DNA of 62,105 nt, filler included, from Ionaspis alba (GCA_964255285.1; 13 parts of 13 records of this genome joined end to end with filler, not necessarily neighbours in it); one strand, 5' to 3'; counted from the first letter of the whole stretch, positions 1 to 11,762 are shown. Translations and numbers: made by a program. The notes: generated from the letters alone by a model not told the origin.

Positions 1-2227
1 TTCCCTCCAAGGCGTCCAGCTGCCCAACCCTTCCAGCTCCGGTAAACTCAACCCTTCAAATCCTTCTCTAATGACCCTCCCCACCTCCCTCGGCCCAGCA
101 CTCCGCCCCAGCCTCCCTTTCTCCTTCTCCCGCTCAAGCAATCCCTGATAGTGCGTAGCAACTGCAATCAAGATCTCAATAGGCGAGCCCTCAGTCAGCT
201 TATACACGGTCTTTAGCTTTGCCAGGGTAGAGGCTTGCTCCACAAGCTTGTAGCTCAAGTCGTCTGAAGCACTCGGGTCGGGGAGGAAGGCTGGACCGGC
301 GGTTATGGCCAGGGCAATGGTTTTCAGCAAGGGGGTGAGAAGGTCGTGCGGGTCGCTGGTTTGGGAAAGCAGGTCGGCAGAGTAGGTTGCTAGGAAGCGG
401 AGGAGTGCGAGAAGGCTTTGCCAGAGGTGAGACCAATGATACGGGAAGTGTGTGTGTGTGGTTGTTAGTGAGGACAAGAGGCGGTGGATGAGGCCGACAG
501 CGGCGGTGTAGAGGTTGAGGTCGAGCCGACGCCGTAGATTGTGGTTTAGCGTATCAGTCGCTATGTCGAGGATGTGGGCTGCGGCAGGGCGAGAAGAGGT
601 GACGAGGGGGAGGAATGGCTGTCGCTGGCGGGCAAGGCGTGCGGGAATGGGCGTCGAGGCGTCGGTGAGTCGTTTGCTGAGGGGCGGGTCTTCGAGGAGG
701 ACACGAAGGATCGTGAGTGACAGGATGCCGTAGAGAGTAGCGCGGGAGGAGCGCGAGGCATGGTGGAGGACGTAAGAAGTCAGGGAAAGGAAAGCGCTGA
801 AGGGAGGTTCGTGGTTTTTGTTTTCGGAGGGGCAGGTGATGAGGTTGTAGCTGAAGAGTTTGTTGGCGTTGGCAAAGTCGTAGGTTGAGATGAGGATGGC
901 GGCTTCGGGTCCCGGTCTGCGAGCTGTGTGAGGCAGCGCTGAGGACTCTGGAGAAGAGAACCACTTACAGTGCTGCAAATTGTTCGTCTGCGGTGTCTGC
1001 CGAGATTGCTATCGGGGAAATGGCTTTGATAGGGGCTAAAACACCAAGACCTATATAGGTCAATGTGCTGCTGAGTGTCCAGCCTTCTGGGACATCGTCC
1101 TCTATTGCGGCATACATGTTCATGGACTGTGAACATATATTGCCGAACCCCTGGACAATCCTCTGGATCGTTGATTCGTTGACAAAGTCTTCGAGACGAG
1201 TTCGGTAGGGATTGCGATACTCGAATTTGTTGTAATTAGCGAGCAGGCCGAGAAGCAGAAAGGCTTCAAAAGTACTGCTGCTCAATTCACAATCTTGAAT
1301 GTACTGTCTTAGGATCAGTAGGTTTTCACAAATGCATTTGGGCAGGCGTAGTTTGGGTTGAGTATTGAAAGCCCCAGATCCACAGCACACTCTTATTAAA
1401 TAGTGACAGATTCTCAACGTCGAGAAGAAAAGGGAAAAGAGTCTTCTGGAATACATGGTATTTTCTCACCTTCATTAGTGCTGGAAAGAGATCGCGGTGG
1501 GTGAAATAGGACACCAAGCTTGTCTGATACGCTCCCGACGTCAAAGACAAAGCGACCTGGATAGCTTTCTTGCGTACATCCACTGTCGCTAATTAGCCGC
1601 AACTCCAAAGACTTTCTCTAGACTCCTAGAGCTTACGAGATCTTCCACCACGAATGATGGTCTCTATCGCATTGGCGAGATCTGAAAACACCGCATCGAC
1701 CTGATCCAGGCCGGCAAGAACAGTGATGATATCTGAACTCGGGTTCGTATATCTCTTTGCAAGAGCTCCTGCTAGGAAGACTGTCAAGGTCTGATAAGTA
1801 AGTGTCAAAATTGGATAAACTGCATATTTCGGTCATTCTTACATCGAGAGCTACTTCATCCGAAGGAGATTTGCCAGATCTGATCTTCTCGAGAGCATGA
1901 GCGAAAAGCTGCTGCGTTTCATGCTAGAGTCTCTCGTCAACTTTGAGTTCTTCCTTCCCATGACGAGCCGTCAATACCTGAAAATGTAGCAGATCGTCGG
2001 CGTTGACAGTGTCGAACCGAGCCCGCAAGCTGGCCTTGTCGGGCTTGAGAAGGAAGAACTCGCTCCAGAAGCCGTCGGAAAGAGCGAAGTCATCTTCGCC
2101 CTATTGAAAAGTTATTTTGAATTACCAACAGAATAAATATACTCACGTTGAAGAGTTTCTCATAAAGTTGAGATATCTTGGGCTGAAACGATGGGCGGGC
2201 CTGCTGGACAAGAGGTGATGCTTCCAT
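1..2227 (-). CDS. ARMH3/DUF1741 (C10orf76-like) armadillo-like helical protein; multi-exon, 3' end runs off the window
   Basis: Spliced reading: MEASPLVQQARPSFQPKISQLYEKLF...LLLGLLANYNKFEYRNPY...EAAILISTYDFANANKLF...ARQRQPFLP...NHNLRRRLDLNLY...YHWSHLWQSL. GT-AG introns. Frame is still open at position 1. Confidence 0.85.
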
Positions 2228-2602
2228 TCCTCATATTGTAAAATTAGCAGATATTAAAACTTCAACAGTATTATCATGAGCTTTAGCCGTGCCTAGTATT
2301 GGGATGCTTGCGTTGAACTCTTCGTCTGGAGTATTTGTCGTTTTTTATGGTTGGACGCTGGCACGTGGCTGACAAAAGAAATGATACACCAAGCAAAATA
2401 TTTAGCGGGCTCACCCTCCAAAGTCCCCTAAGGAACGGAGATCTTAGGCGGATGTTCAGGGAACTGCGCCTACCGTATATATTGACTCTGCTGCGCAATC
2501 GTGGGAACACCGCTTTTTGGTGTATCGGTTATTGGCCAGGGTTAATTGTAGCCCTACCTTAGTGTGCAGCCAGGGCAGCGTTACCAAATCGAGCTTAAAG
2601 TA

Positions 2603-2629
2603 ATCATCATGCTGCTGATTGGCTGATAA
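2603..2629 (-). promoter_or_regulatory. CBC:HapX-type bipartite site (CCAAT-N12-GAT) with an adjacent GATA site, upstream of ISA1
   Basis: Minus strand 2622-2603 reads CCAAT-CAGCAGCATGAT-GAT, matching CSAAT-N12-RWT. TGATAA lies at 2624-2629. About 150 nt upstream of the ISA1 ATG. Confidence 0.55.
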
Positions 2630-2768
2630 AGACATTGCTAAGCAGCCATTCAACATTTATGTTTTTTGACAGCTTTGATTTCATGCTTCATCAATACTTT
2701 CTATCGACGCGAGAATCTATGCGCTACTCTCAGAGTATCCCTTTGAACTCCTTATCGACACCTTACCG

Positions 2769-3601
2769 ATGACCATGTCTCTCCAGCGCTGTGTCGCTCC
2801 TGCAACATCAGCCCCCAGTGCACTCTTCAAGTTCGCCTCATATGCCGCCACAAAGCACTCACAAACTTGTCCTTATGCGACTCGCCAATTCACGTCTTCC
2901 TTACCTACACGACTGTCTTCGAAGAGGAAGCTGGTTACCACAGCAGCCTATCGACCAGAAACACTCGACTCCGTTCCCCCGCCACCCCGCAATTCCGGCA
3001 TCCCGGATAGCTCAATAGCTGGAGGAGTTCCACAATTCAATGATATTCGGCCTCCGCCACAACCTCAAGTCCAAAACCCAGCTCGCCAAGGATCTCAAGC
3101 CGATGAACGCTCGACCGTCAGTGTCACAGAGAAGGAGGCACAGAAGAGCAAACCCACAACAACGACGCAGACCGCAAATCCAACACAATCTTCAACAAGG
3201 CCGACACGCCCAAAGCTAAGACCACGAAAAGCAGCCATGAATCTGACACCCACGGCGATCACCCACTTACGACAACTTCTTGAACTACCAGAACCCAAGC
3301 TTATAAGGGTTGGGGTAAAGAACAGAGGCTGCTCGGGCTTGGCATACCATCTTGAATATGTGGACAAGCCAGGCACTTTTGATGAAACGGTTGAGCAAGA
3401 TGGAGTGAAGGTCTTGATCGACAGCAAAGCTCTATTCAGCATAATAGGAAGTGAGATGGACTGGGTCGAGGACAAGTTGAACGAGAGATTCGTGTTCAGG
3501 AACCCAAATATAAGTGAGTTTTACCTTATCCACAGGCTAGATATTTACTAACACGGTGTACAGAGGAGCAATGTGGTTGCGGCGAGTCATTCATGGTATA
3601 G
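2769..3601 (+). CDS. ISA1: Mitochondrial A-type iron-sulfur cluster assembly protein Isa1
   Basis: IRVGVKNRGCSGLAYHLEY...DSKALFSIIGSEMDW...FRNPNI, then intron 3514-3563 (GTGAGT..CTAAC..CAG), then KEQCGCGESFMV*. N-terminus resembles a mitochondrial presequence. Confidence 0.95.
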
Positions 3602-3740
3602 CGAACACTTGTATAAGTGTTTTGGGCGGATTCCAATCCCTGGCATGCATGGCCTAGGCGTTCTGCATTTTCTAGGGTATGAGAAGCATAAGGAGCATTC
3701 ATCATCTGCTGTAGGAAAGCAAAGTACAGATTTTCTCATC

Positions 3741-4239
3741 TCAAAACACCCCTGGCGCGTAGTCCACAATCGTTGCTTTTTCCAAGATGCCATCCAAACT
3801 TGCAACGAAAGCTTTGTGTGCAGGATCATCCTCGGCATAATACCTCCTATCCTCCTCGTTCTCAAACCATACAACGAAGCCGTGAGTATGGCCGTTCTGG
3901 TCACGTTCAGATATATTACAAGTTGTGGAAGTAGATGGAGGGGAAAGTCTAACCTGCCTGCCCTCAATGCTATTGTCTTTACCACCGGTCGAGCTTTGTA
4001 TGTATGGTTTCTGAGTCGTCGGATGGATGCATTGTGTTCTCAGGCCTAACATTCGTTCGCAAACCTGTGCCTCTTGTCAGGTTGACTTTCAAAACTTGAA
4101 GGCATGTGAGGATATACATCTTGAACGGTCGATTGCGGCAGGTCGGCCTTGAGCTATAAACGCGTGAGCTACAATTTGGCTTTACGTTTCTTAGACCGTG
4201 ATAATCTACCTGAAAAAGCACTATATGGGCAATGGTCAT
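3741..4239 (-). CDS. Stress-responsive A/B barrel (Dabb) domain protein
   Basis: MTIAHIVLFQ...GGKDNSIEG...GHTHGFVVWFENEEDRRYYAEDDPAHKAFV...VDYAPGVF*, with several short introns. Confidence 0.88.
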
Positions 4240-4524
4240 GGTGAATGATTCTGAACAGGACTCTTCGTAGACGTTCTCTCGAAGTAAAGTACAAGGCGCA
4301 ATGTTGTTACAATTCGGGAGGGAACTCAGCAGTATATGTAAGTCTAGTGACTCTGAGTAACATGATGTGATTTTTAAGTCTATGACTAGGCGTCGGGAGC
4401 CAGAACAATTTCCGCAACTTTGACATGCCGCCCAAAGCATGACGTCGATCATCACCACCTTAGTCCTAATCCTTAAACCCCCCAGCTATATGTGCCGAAT
4501 CCACACTTCGACACTTCCTAAGCC

Positions 4525-4777
4525 ATGTCAAACAACTCTCCCACATCACCTCCGCTGAACATCATAATCCGCTTCCCCACCTCCCTCCCAGATCTCCCCC
4601 TCAGCATCTCCAATCCTTCCACAGCCACACCCCCAGTTATCAAGCAGCTAATCCGGCCACATTTACCACCCTCGCTCCGCACCTCAACCATCCGCCTAAT
4701 CCACTCCGGCGCTGTCCTCCCCGCCAGCAAGCCCCTCTCCCAATCTCTGCGCCTCCCGCCCCTACCACCGCCCTCCC
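4525..4777 (+). CDS. DSC3: DSC E3 ubiquitin ligase complex subunit 3 (DUF2407 ubiquitin-like N-terminus); 5' fragment
   Basis: IIIRFPTSLPDLPLSI...IKQLIRPHLP...IRLIHSGAVL resembles the Dsc3 N-terminal UBL. Cut by the spacer. Confidence 0.7.
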
Positions 4778-4877
4778 NNNNNNNNNNNNNNNNNNNNNNN
4801 NNNNNNNNNNNNNNNNNNNNNTTAATTAATTAANNNNNNNNNNNNNNNNNNNNNNNNNNNNNNNNNNNNNNNNNNNN
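4778..4877. other. Artificial contig-joining spacer 44N-TTAATTAATTAA-44N. Repeats at 9637-9736, 14469-14568, 19278-19377, 24072-24171, 28853-28952, 33624-33723, 38390-38489, 43154-43253, 47909-48008, 52656-52755 and 57389-57488
   Basis: Twelve identical 100-nt blocks. TTAATTAATTAA places stops in all six frames. Confidence 0.98.
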
Positions 4878-5598
4878 AATCACTCCTGCCTATTTGAATT
4901 GAGCATTTCGTAAAGCTGACGAGGAGAACAACAACTTACTGGAATAGCTGACAGTTTCAGATACGAGAGTACATCCTTGTAAATTAGGTCTTTGTCCACG
5001 ATGATGTGGGTCACATCCGGCCTCCACTCTTTGACCCATAAAGCGCCCCATTCAAGGGCCTTTTTAATGCGAAGCTTCCGGGCAGGAGCGATATCGTTAT
5101 TCGGGAGGAAATCTGCATTGATGAGAGGTCTGATACTATGTTTGTTGCTGAGAGGAACTTACAGAATGATTGGCCCCTGAAAAGTTGCTGAGCTTCAGGT
5201 AGATAGTTCGGAGAATCCCCACGCTTTCTCTTTCCAGTCACTTTCGGTCCTCTCTTCTTAAAATCCGTTGATGTCTTAGTCGTAGAGTCTGGAACTATGA
5301 CGCTCTGGAATGAAATGGCCCTTGGAAGCCGAGGAGTGTCTTTGACCAAGGTAACAGCATCTCTCTCTGAGGTGGATGTTGACTGAGGTACAGGTGATGA
5401 TACCGCTCTTCTGGGGTTGTGAACCGGACGAGAACTAGAAGTGAGAACTCCTTCTGGAGTCACTGGAGCAATTGCCCTTTTTCTGCTGCTTTGCAGCACG
5501 ACTGCGATTTCATCATCAACTTCTGACTCTGTGGACTCATCGTCGAGGGCGGCTAGCTCGTCGAAGAACGCTTTCTTCTCCTCCAGGCTGTCTTCCAT
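4878..5598 (-). CDS. POL4: DNA polymerase X family (Pol lambda/Pol4), N-terminal BRCT region; 5' fragment
   Basis: MEDSLEEKKAFFDEL...KRKR...PEAQQLFRGQSF|FLPNNDIAPARKLRIKKALEWGALWVKEWRPDVTHIIVD matches the BRCT of fungal Pol lambda. The catalytic domain is not in the window. Confidence 0.75.
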
Positions 5599-5822
5599 TC
5601 TCTCGTTATTGAAGATGAAAATGAACAAATGTTGAGCATTTTGAACATCTTGAGTGTTAACTGCAACCTTAGGCGCGATTTCCCCTTGTAGCACAGATTG
5701 CTCCCTTGGTGGCAGAAGTTACCATTGTTGAACGAATCATGTGATGGCGCTAGTAGACCTTAGCCCTACAGAGCTACCAGCTCCGCCGAAACCTTACTCG
5801 CTGCAATATTGGTGAAGATGAT

Positions 5823-6894
5823 ATGTTGCCGTATTCACCCTTAAGTCTCAGATCTCGATTGTTGCTATTTCAATTGGTTCTGCAGTGCCGAGTTGCAAAC
5901 CGGCAGATACTATTATGTCGGCAAGCATCAAGCGCCGCAGGTCCCCAAGCTCCAAAGACCCAACTGCGGAAGCCTCAGCGGTTCAAGCCACAGGCTCCCG
6001 ATGCTTCCAAAGACAAAGATGAAGAACACATACCACAGCCGCTGAGCCGGCCTCTTGGCCTGCTCCATCCTCCTCGTCCTGGCCAAAACGATGGACTAGA
6101 CAGGCGAACTTGGCGCCAGCGCCGGGATGATTTCTTGAACTACGACAAGCATCTCGAACGACGAAAACAACTGTCAGTCGCTCTCCATAACTCCAAAGCT
6201 TCTTACTGACTTGAATAGTACAAAAGCAGTTGCAAAGCCCTACTTCCGCGAATGGAGCAACATGCGCTTCTCCAAGGGCAAGACCTTTCTCTCCAATCCG
6301 AAACTATTCCGTGCGGAGAAGGCTCTATATTTTCCCAATCTACAGGGTGTCACTCTGGCATCACCCAAAGACATACGAGATACAACACCCATATTGAGCG
6401 ACAAGATTTCAGTTGTTAGTATATTCTCGGGCACTTGGGCGGAGCGGCAGACGACCACTTTTGTTGAAAATAATCCGGAATTGGACAAAGTGCTACAGCA
6501 GAGCGAGGGCATCGCGCAAAGAGTTGATATCAATGTTGAAGAGAATGCTCTCAAGGCAGGACTCATCAAGCTGTTCATGTCTGGACTGAGGAGGCGAATG
6601 CCTGAAGATAGGCATGACAAATACTTTTTGGTTCGGCGCGGGATCACGGACGAGTTGAGGGATGACATTGGCCTGTTGAACAGCAAAGTAGGATACGTCT
6701 ATTTGGTTGATGGGTACTGTCGCATTCGTTGGGCAGGGAGTGGACCCGCTGAGGCTGGGGAGAAGGAGAATCTGCTTAGGGGTGTCATGAAGCTGGTACA
6801 GGAGTATGAGAAGCGGCCAGTGGAGCAGGTTCAACAGCAGGGTGAGAGCTCAACTCCCTCAATCTTAATGGACGCTCCCGCTGTTGCGGGATAG
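5823..6894 (+). CDS. ATP10: Mitochondrial ATP synthase assembly factor Atp10
   Basis: PLSRPLGL..PP..G.N.G.D.RTWRQRRDDF...|KPYFREWSNMR...LYFPNLQG...NSKVGYVYLVDGYCRIRWAGSG. One intron at about 6173-6218. Confidence 0.93.
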
Positions 6895-6977
6895 CTAGAC
6901 GTTATGCAGATACTCCACTCTGCAAGATCTTTTAGTAGTACATATGGCTTCCAACGCCGATGCTGTACAAGATGGTA

Positions 6978-7768
6978 TCATCCGAAAAAAAACAACATCA
7001 AGAAACAAAACGCTATGAAGCTCCCAAGTATAATGCCGTCCCTCCTCTTCTTCGCTCCTATCCTCGTCATGATACTATTGATCCCAGGCACTTGGCTCGC
7101 AGCTCCAACAATCCTGCGATTGATACTCGCCAGTGTTTCCCTCTGTACCCCAAAGCTCTCATTGACTGCGTAGGCCTGGCTCAGCACGCTGTCTGTCATA
7201 TTGTGACTATTGTCTATCCTCCTCCTCTCATCCAGCATGTAGTCCGCCTCTGCATCTCCAGGGTTCGATGATCGGTAGGCGTCGATATCGGAACGGACGT
7301 TCGAAAGGAGGTTCGCTCGGTTCCGAGCTTCTGTAATATTGGAGCGTAATCGGGAAAGCTCTCGTCTGTGATCTAGCAATATTTCTCGATGGCGGGAGAG
7401 GTTGTTCTGTTTCAGAGCAGAGGCGGTGAGAACGGATTCAGAGTCAAGTAGGCGCGCAAGTTGTGCTATCAATGTTTCTCTCTATACGAAGTAGGTCAGC
7501 AAAGCTCATTCTAGATGTCTCGTGGTAAACATGCCTTTTCTAGGATGTCTTCCAGTTGCGCCTCTGTTTTCTTCTCGTCGTCCGAGGGCTTCGGGGACAC
7601 CGAGACAGTCGATGAAAATTGCGAGTAGGTGTGGAAGAGCGCCTCTGTCTATACCATCTCAGCATCTGGTGTAGCATCCACCCTCCTAAAGAGCTGTTTT
7701 ACCTGAGTTTCCAGTGATCGGGCTTGCTGACGAAGTTGCGCCCAGCCAGTGCCCACGGAGGTTGTCAT
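6978..7768 (-). CDS. GOS1: Golgi Qb-SNARE Gos1
   Basis: MTTSVGTGWAQLRQQARSLETQ...RHREILLDH...EADYMLDERRRIDNSH...KKRRDGIILG plus a C-terminal TM segment. Two introns, the second GC-AG. Confidence 0.95.
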
Positions 7769-8044
7769 GACTGCGGTGTCAGGTGCGTGTCAGTCATTCC
7801 TCATAGCTGGTACGTATTATTCAACGTTGCATCGTGGCTTTATGGCCTATACATTGACAAACACGAAGGATTGAAGCTACGTAGCTCGGCGAACATGGGC
7901 ACATGATTCGGGATTAGCGCCTTTTCGCTTGGTCGCTCCTTAGCATAGGGAAGCCCTAGCGCCGCACACCTGGAAATCCGAATTCGATACATCCAAGGAT
8001 AACACGCGCACGACAACCAATACCAGTTCATCGTCCTCACCAAC

Positions 8045-8650
8045 ATGGTATGTCCTATGACCCTCTCCTCGATGGTGTTTGGCTGCAGGAGACGGGGAAA
8101 CCTGTGGTGTGGTTCCGGTCGCTAACCTACAATCGCAGTCGACGGCAAAGGTCAAGACTGGCCAGCTGTGGTCGAAGGGCAAAGAAGATCTCAAGAAGCA
8201 ACTCGGCGAACTCAAGACTGAGTTAGGTCAATTGCGCACACAGAAGATTGCAGGAGGTGCAGCTGCGAAGCTCACAAAAATGTATGAATCTCCATTTGAA
8301 TTCGAAGCGACGAGCGGCATCTCTGACATTTACCTCCTTCGTCAATAGCCACGACCTCCGAAAATCTATCGCCCGTGTCCTCACCGTCATCAACGCCAAC
8401 CAACGCACACAACTCCGCCTCTACTACAAGAACAAGAAATACCTACCTCTCGATCTCCGACCTAAGCAGACTCGTGCCATTAGGAGGAGATTGACAAAGG
8501 ACGAGCGGAGCCTCGTGACCCAGAAGCAAAAGAAGAAGCAGATGCACTTCCCGCAGAGAAAGTATGCTGTGAAGGTACGTGCTGGATCGAGTCGCGATAT
8601 TTTGGGCAAGGAATGACAAGGACTAATTTCTCTCTTAGGCGGAAGCTTAG
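8045..8650 (+). CDS. RPL35: 60S ribosomal protein L35 (uL29)
   Basis: ATG|intron|[13 protein letters not shown]...[16 protein letters not shown]...[19 protein letters not shown]...[12 protein letters not shown]. Three introns. Confidence 0.97.
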
Positions 8651-9570
8651 GTCGAGGGTGCTGTTGTTGCTTGAGAGAACCTCGAAATCGGATACCTTAC
8701 TTGTGGTTAGATATCGGCATCTAGCAAACTTTTCGAGTTTCTACAAGCATTTTCTTGTGCTTTGCATTGTGTGAAATGGAACATCGTGACAACAACAGAT
8801 CTTGACCAATCGGCAATTGAATTTCCACCAGCTTACTCCACATCACCTATGACCGAGCGTTCCATGGCTTATCTGAACTGTCCGTGGACTGAGATCAAAT
8901 GGCTGACATCTGCAAAATATCAAGGATTCTCATGCCTCCGCACGACGAATGGCCATGTCTGCCAGTGGATATCTCTCTAGAAACTATTCGTTCGAGGCCC
9001 ATACGTGATGCTTTGCCCTCCCCGACATGCTCTGAAGCATCACTCTCAAGTGTAGTGGCCTCGACATTGAAAAATGATACTCATTGCCACGAAGGTTTCG
9101 GAATTAGCCTCAATATGCTACATGATATTTCCAAATACGCTGAGCCTCCAGCAATGATACGGACGAGATGAAAAGCTACCGAGTTGAGCATTTTCCCCCT
9201 CCATTTGACGATAGGAATCCCAGTAATTATGAGAAGATAAAAGTTCTGGAAGGTGAGATCGACATCTGAGGCAAAGGCACAGCCACACATATGCGCCACA
9301 AAACACCTAAGCCACAACCGTTTGACGCAAGTCAAAAACCTGGAAGTGAGCCGAGAACGACTATCCGCTGAGCCAATAGATTTAGGTGCAAGCCCCGTGC
9401 CGCGAGATCACCCAATGGCTCCTGTAAATACATAGTCCTCTCAACCTCTCGTTTCTCTCTTTCTCCTTCTTCACCCATTCTCCTCTTCGTACAGCTCTGT
9501 CGTTTCCAGATATTCTCACTAACCTTCGTCAATCGACCACACGCGTCAATCTCCGCCTTTAACCGCCAAA

Positions 9571-9636
9571 ATGCGCTTCCCAATCCTCCTCACATTAGCA
9601 ACCTACGTCATCGCCTCGCCGTCTCCAAACCGTCCT
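9571..9636 (+). CDS. 5' fragment of a probable secreted protein (signal peptide only)
   Basis: gccaaaATG context. MRFPILLTLATYVIASPSP looks like a signal peptide. Cut by the spacer. Confidence 0.45.
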
Positions 9637-9817
9637 NNNNNNNNNNNNNNNNNNNNNNNNNNNNNNNNNNNNNNNNNNNNTTAATTAATTAANNNNNNNN
9701 NNNNNNNNNNNNNNNNNNNNNNNNNNNNNNNNNNNNCCGCTCACAATGCAAACCACCGCCCCAATCTCAGCGCCAAACATCCAAAGTCCCCAGACCCACA
9801 GAAAAATCACCAGCTTT

Positions 9818-10803
9818 TCACCTCCCAAACAGCCCAAAAAAGCTCTTCTTCTTCCCCATCTTCTGCTCCTTTCCCGCCTCCCTCTCCTCCGCCACGACCG
9901 GCACCTGTGGACCCACCGTCCCACTCTTCTTCCTCCTCACACGCGTCTTACTCCTCTCCCTCGCCCCATCCTCCGCACCCTCCCTCGCTCGACTCCTCCC
10001 CGCACCCTTTCCCCCCTCCTCCGCTTTCCGTCCAGCCGACTTCCCCGTTCTCTCAATCGCGCTCAGCACTGTCATGCCATTCGTGGCCAGGCTGTCTTCG
10101 GCAATGGCGACGAAGCGGACGACGCCGCGATTCGCGTACACGTTCAAGGACTCGGCGAGGAAACCTTGGATGAGGTTTGCGTTGCGTTTGTTTGTCGTGG
10201 CTTGGATTTGGGAGGGGAGTGCGGTGATGGTCAGGATGTAGGCGGGATCGAAGGAGCCGCCTTGCATGAGGCAGGCGGAATGGTGCACTGTGACGAGGAT
10301 GGAGGTTGGGGGGCGGTTGTAGCGGTGGCAGAGGTGGGTGGAGAGGTCGGTTACGAGGGCGTATTCGTCGTTTATCTAACGGGTGGGTGAGAGAGGTGGT
10401 TAGTTAAGGGAGAGGGTGAGAATGGGGGGGAGGTGGGAGCGTACAATAACGTTTGTCTTTAGTTCGGCGGTGATGGTGGATTCCTGCAGGATTTGCTCCC
10501 GGGCTGTTTGGTGCGGCTCGCGGTATGCGAAGACTTCGCCGTAGAATTGGCTTTTTTGTTGGGTCAGTCGGGTTTCTTCTGGGGCGCGATTGACCATTGC
10601 CATGAGTGAGGCATCTCCGGGAGCGCCTCGGTCGACATGCTTGACGATTTGCTTATCGCTGCGCCGTTCGTATGGGACTAGATCTTGTGGCAGTGGTGAT
10701 CTATCATCCCATGAGTGGATCGAGTCCAGTGAGTCGACGGTCGAGTTCTCGAATCTTCCCACGATCATCTGTCCGGCTGGTTGTGGGAAGTCCATAGCAG
10801 AGG
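9818..10803 (-). CDS. MIF/tautomerase-like domain protein; 5' end may lie in the 100-N gap
   Basis: ELKTNVI|INDEYALVTDLSTHLCHRYNRP..SILVTVHHSACLMQGGSFDPAYILTITALP..TTNKRNA..RGVVRFVAI.E..LATNG matches fungal MIF-domain proteins. Confidence 0.8.
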
Positions 10804-10903
10804 NNNNNNNNNNNNNNNNNNNNNNNNNNNNNNNNNNNNNNNNNNNNNNNNNNNNNNNNNNNNNNNNNNNNNNNNNNNNNNNNNNNNNNNNNNNNNNNNN
10901 NNN

Positions 10904-11762
10904 AGATACGTTGTCTTGTGTAGCGAGCTCTTCAGTGCCAGCTTCTGCTTTTCTCTTCTGTCCCTGTGAAGCTTCCTCTGTGTCCTTCGAGTCAGATGAC
11001 ACTGGACTCCGATCCTCGAGACCTTTGGCCTCGTCCTTCGAACTTTCGACTTTTGGACTCTCATGGATGGCTTTGCCATGTTTGCCCTCCTTGGTGATCT
11101 CCCCTTGACTTTCGTCCTCTAAAGGTCTCACGACCTTCATGTCCAAGCCGCACTGCTCCAGAACCCTCTTAGTCCGCTCCCACTTCACTCCGAACTTCCC
11201 GCTGTTGATGCGGACGGCCCACAGCTCACCGGGAGCCAAAGGTTTACCTTGTAGGAATTTGAGCTTCTTCCGTAGATCTCCCATTGCTTTCCTGGTACTT
11301 TCGAGGATGGTATCCGCGGAGGACTTCGTACTTCCATAGCCAATTGAGGTGAAGAGGCATGCGATCCAGTGGTTCAGGGAATCTGAGTCTGGATTATCAT
11401 CAGGTTGCGGTGGGATGAGTAGAGCCGTGCCGAGTAAACTTCGTTGGTGGAACGCTGATGGAGGTGTATTGCATTCTTCATAATATACATCAAAGGCTTG
11501 CGGGTACTACTCAAAGAGTCAATTCCCATTCTCCACTGGCAAAAGTCATTTGTGGATGATCTCGATGAGCAACAGTACGTACCCGCTCTTTGAATTTAAG
11601 TGCTACGCCAGCATTCCAAGATCCTTTACAATTACAGGCATCTACTCCGATGTGTGAGAAACCATCTATCTCAAAGGCCTCGAAGGAAGACGTACGGATC
11701 AAAACACCATTTTCTGGGGCCTCAAATATATCACCAATGGCCTCGGTGATTCGAGCCGTCAT
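10904..11762 (-). CDS. POA1: ADP-ribose-1''-phosphate phosphatase (Poa1-type macrodomain); 3' end in gap
   Basis: GDIFEAP..VLI|HACNCKGSWNAGVA..FK..YP...GTALLIPP...HWIACLFTS.GYG...RINSGKFGVKWE. Confidence 0.88.

Noticed and set aside
4440..4460. SREBP-like site (ATCACCAC) upstream of DSC3
   Set aside because: It does not match the SRE consensus well, and a short motif like this is expected by chance.
9746..10390. Long antisense or alternative-frame ORFs (e.g. 9746-10390 +, 14910-15395 -, 21368-21898 -, 59136-59771 +)
   Set aside because: They are shadows of real genes on the opposite strand, with no family motifs.
10400..11284. 294-aa ORF spanning the 100-N gap
   Set aside because: It joins the Poa1 C-terminus to the MIF-domain gene through placeholder Ns. 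Frame continuity is not evidence.
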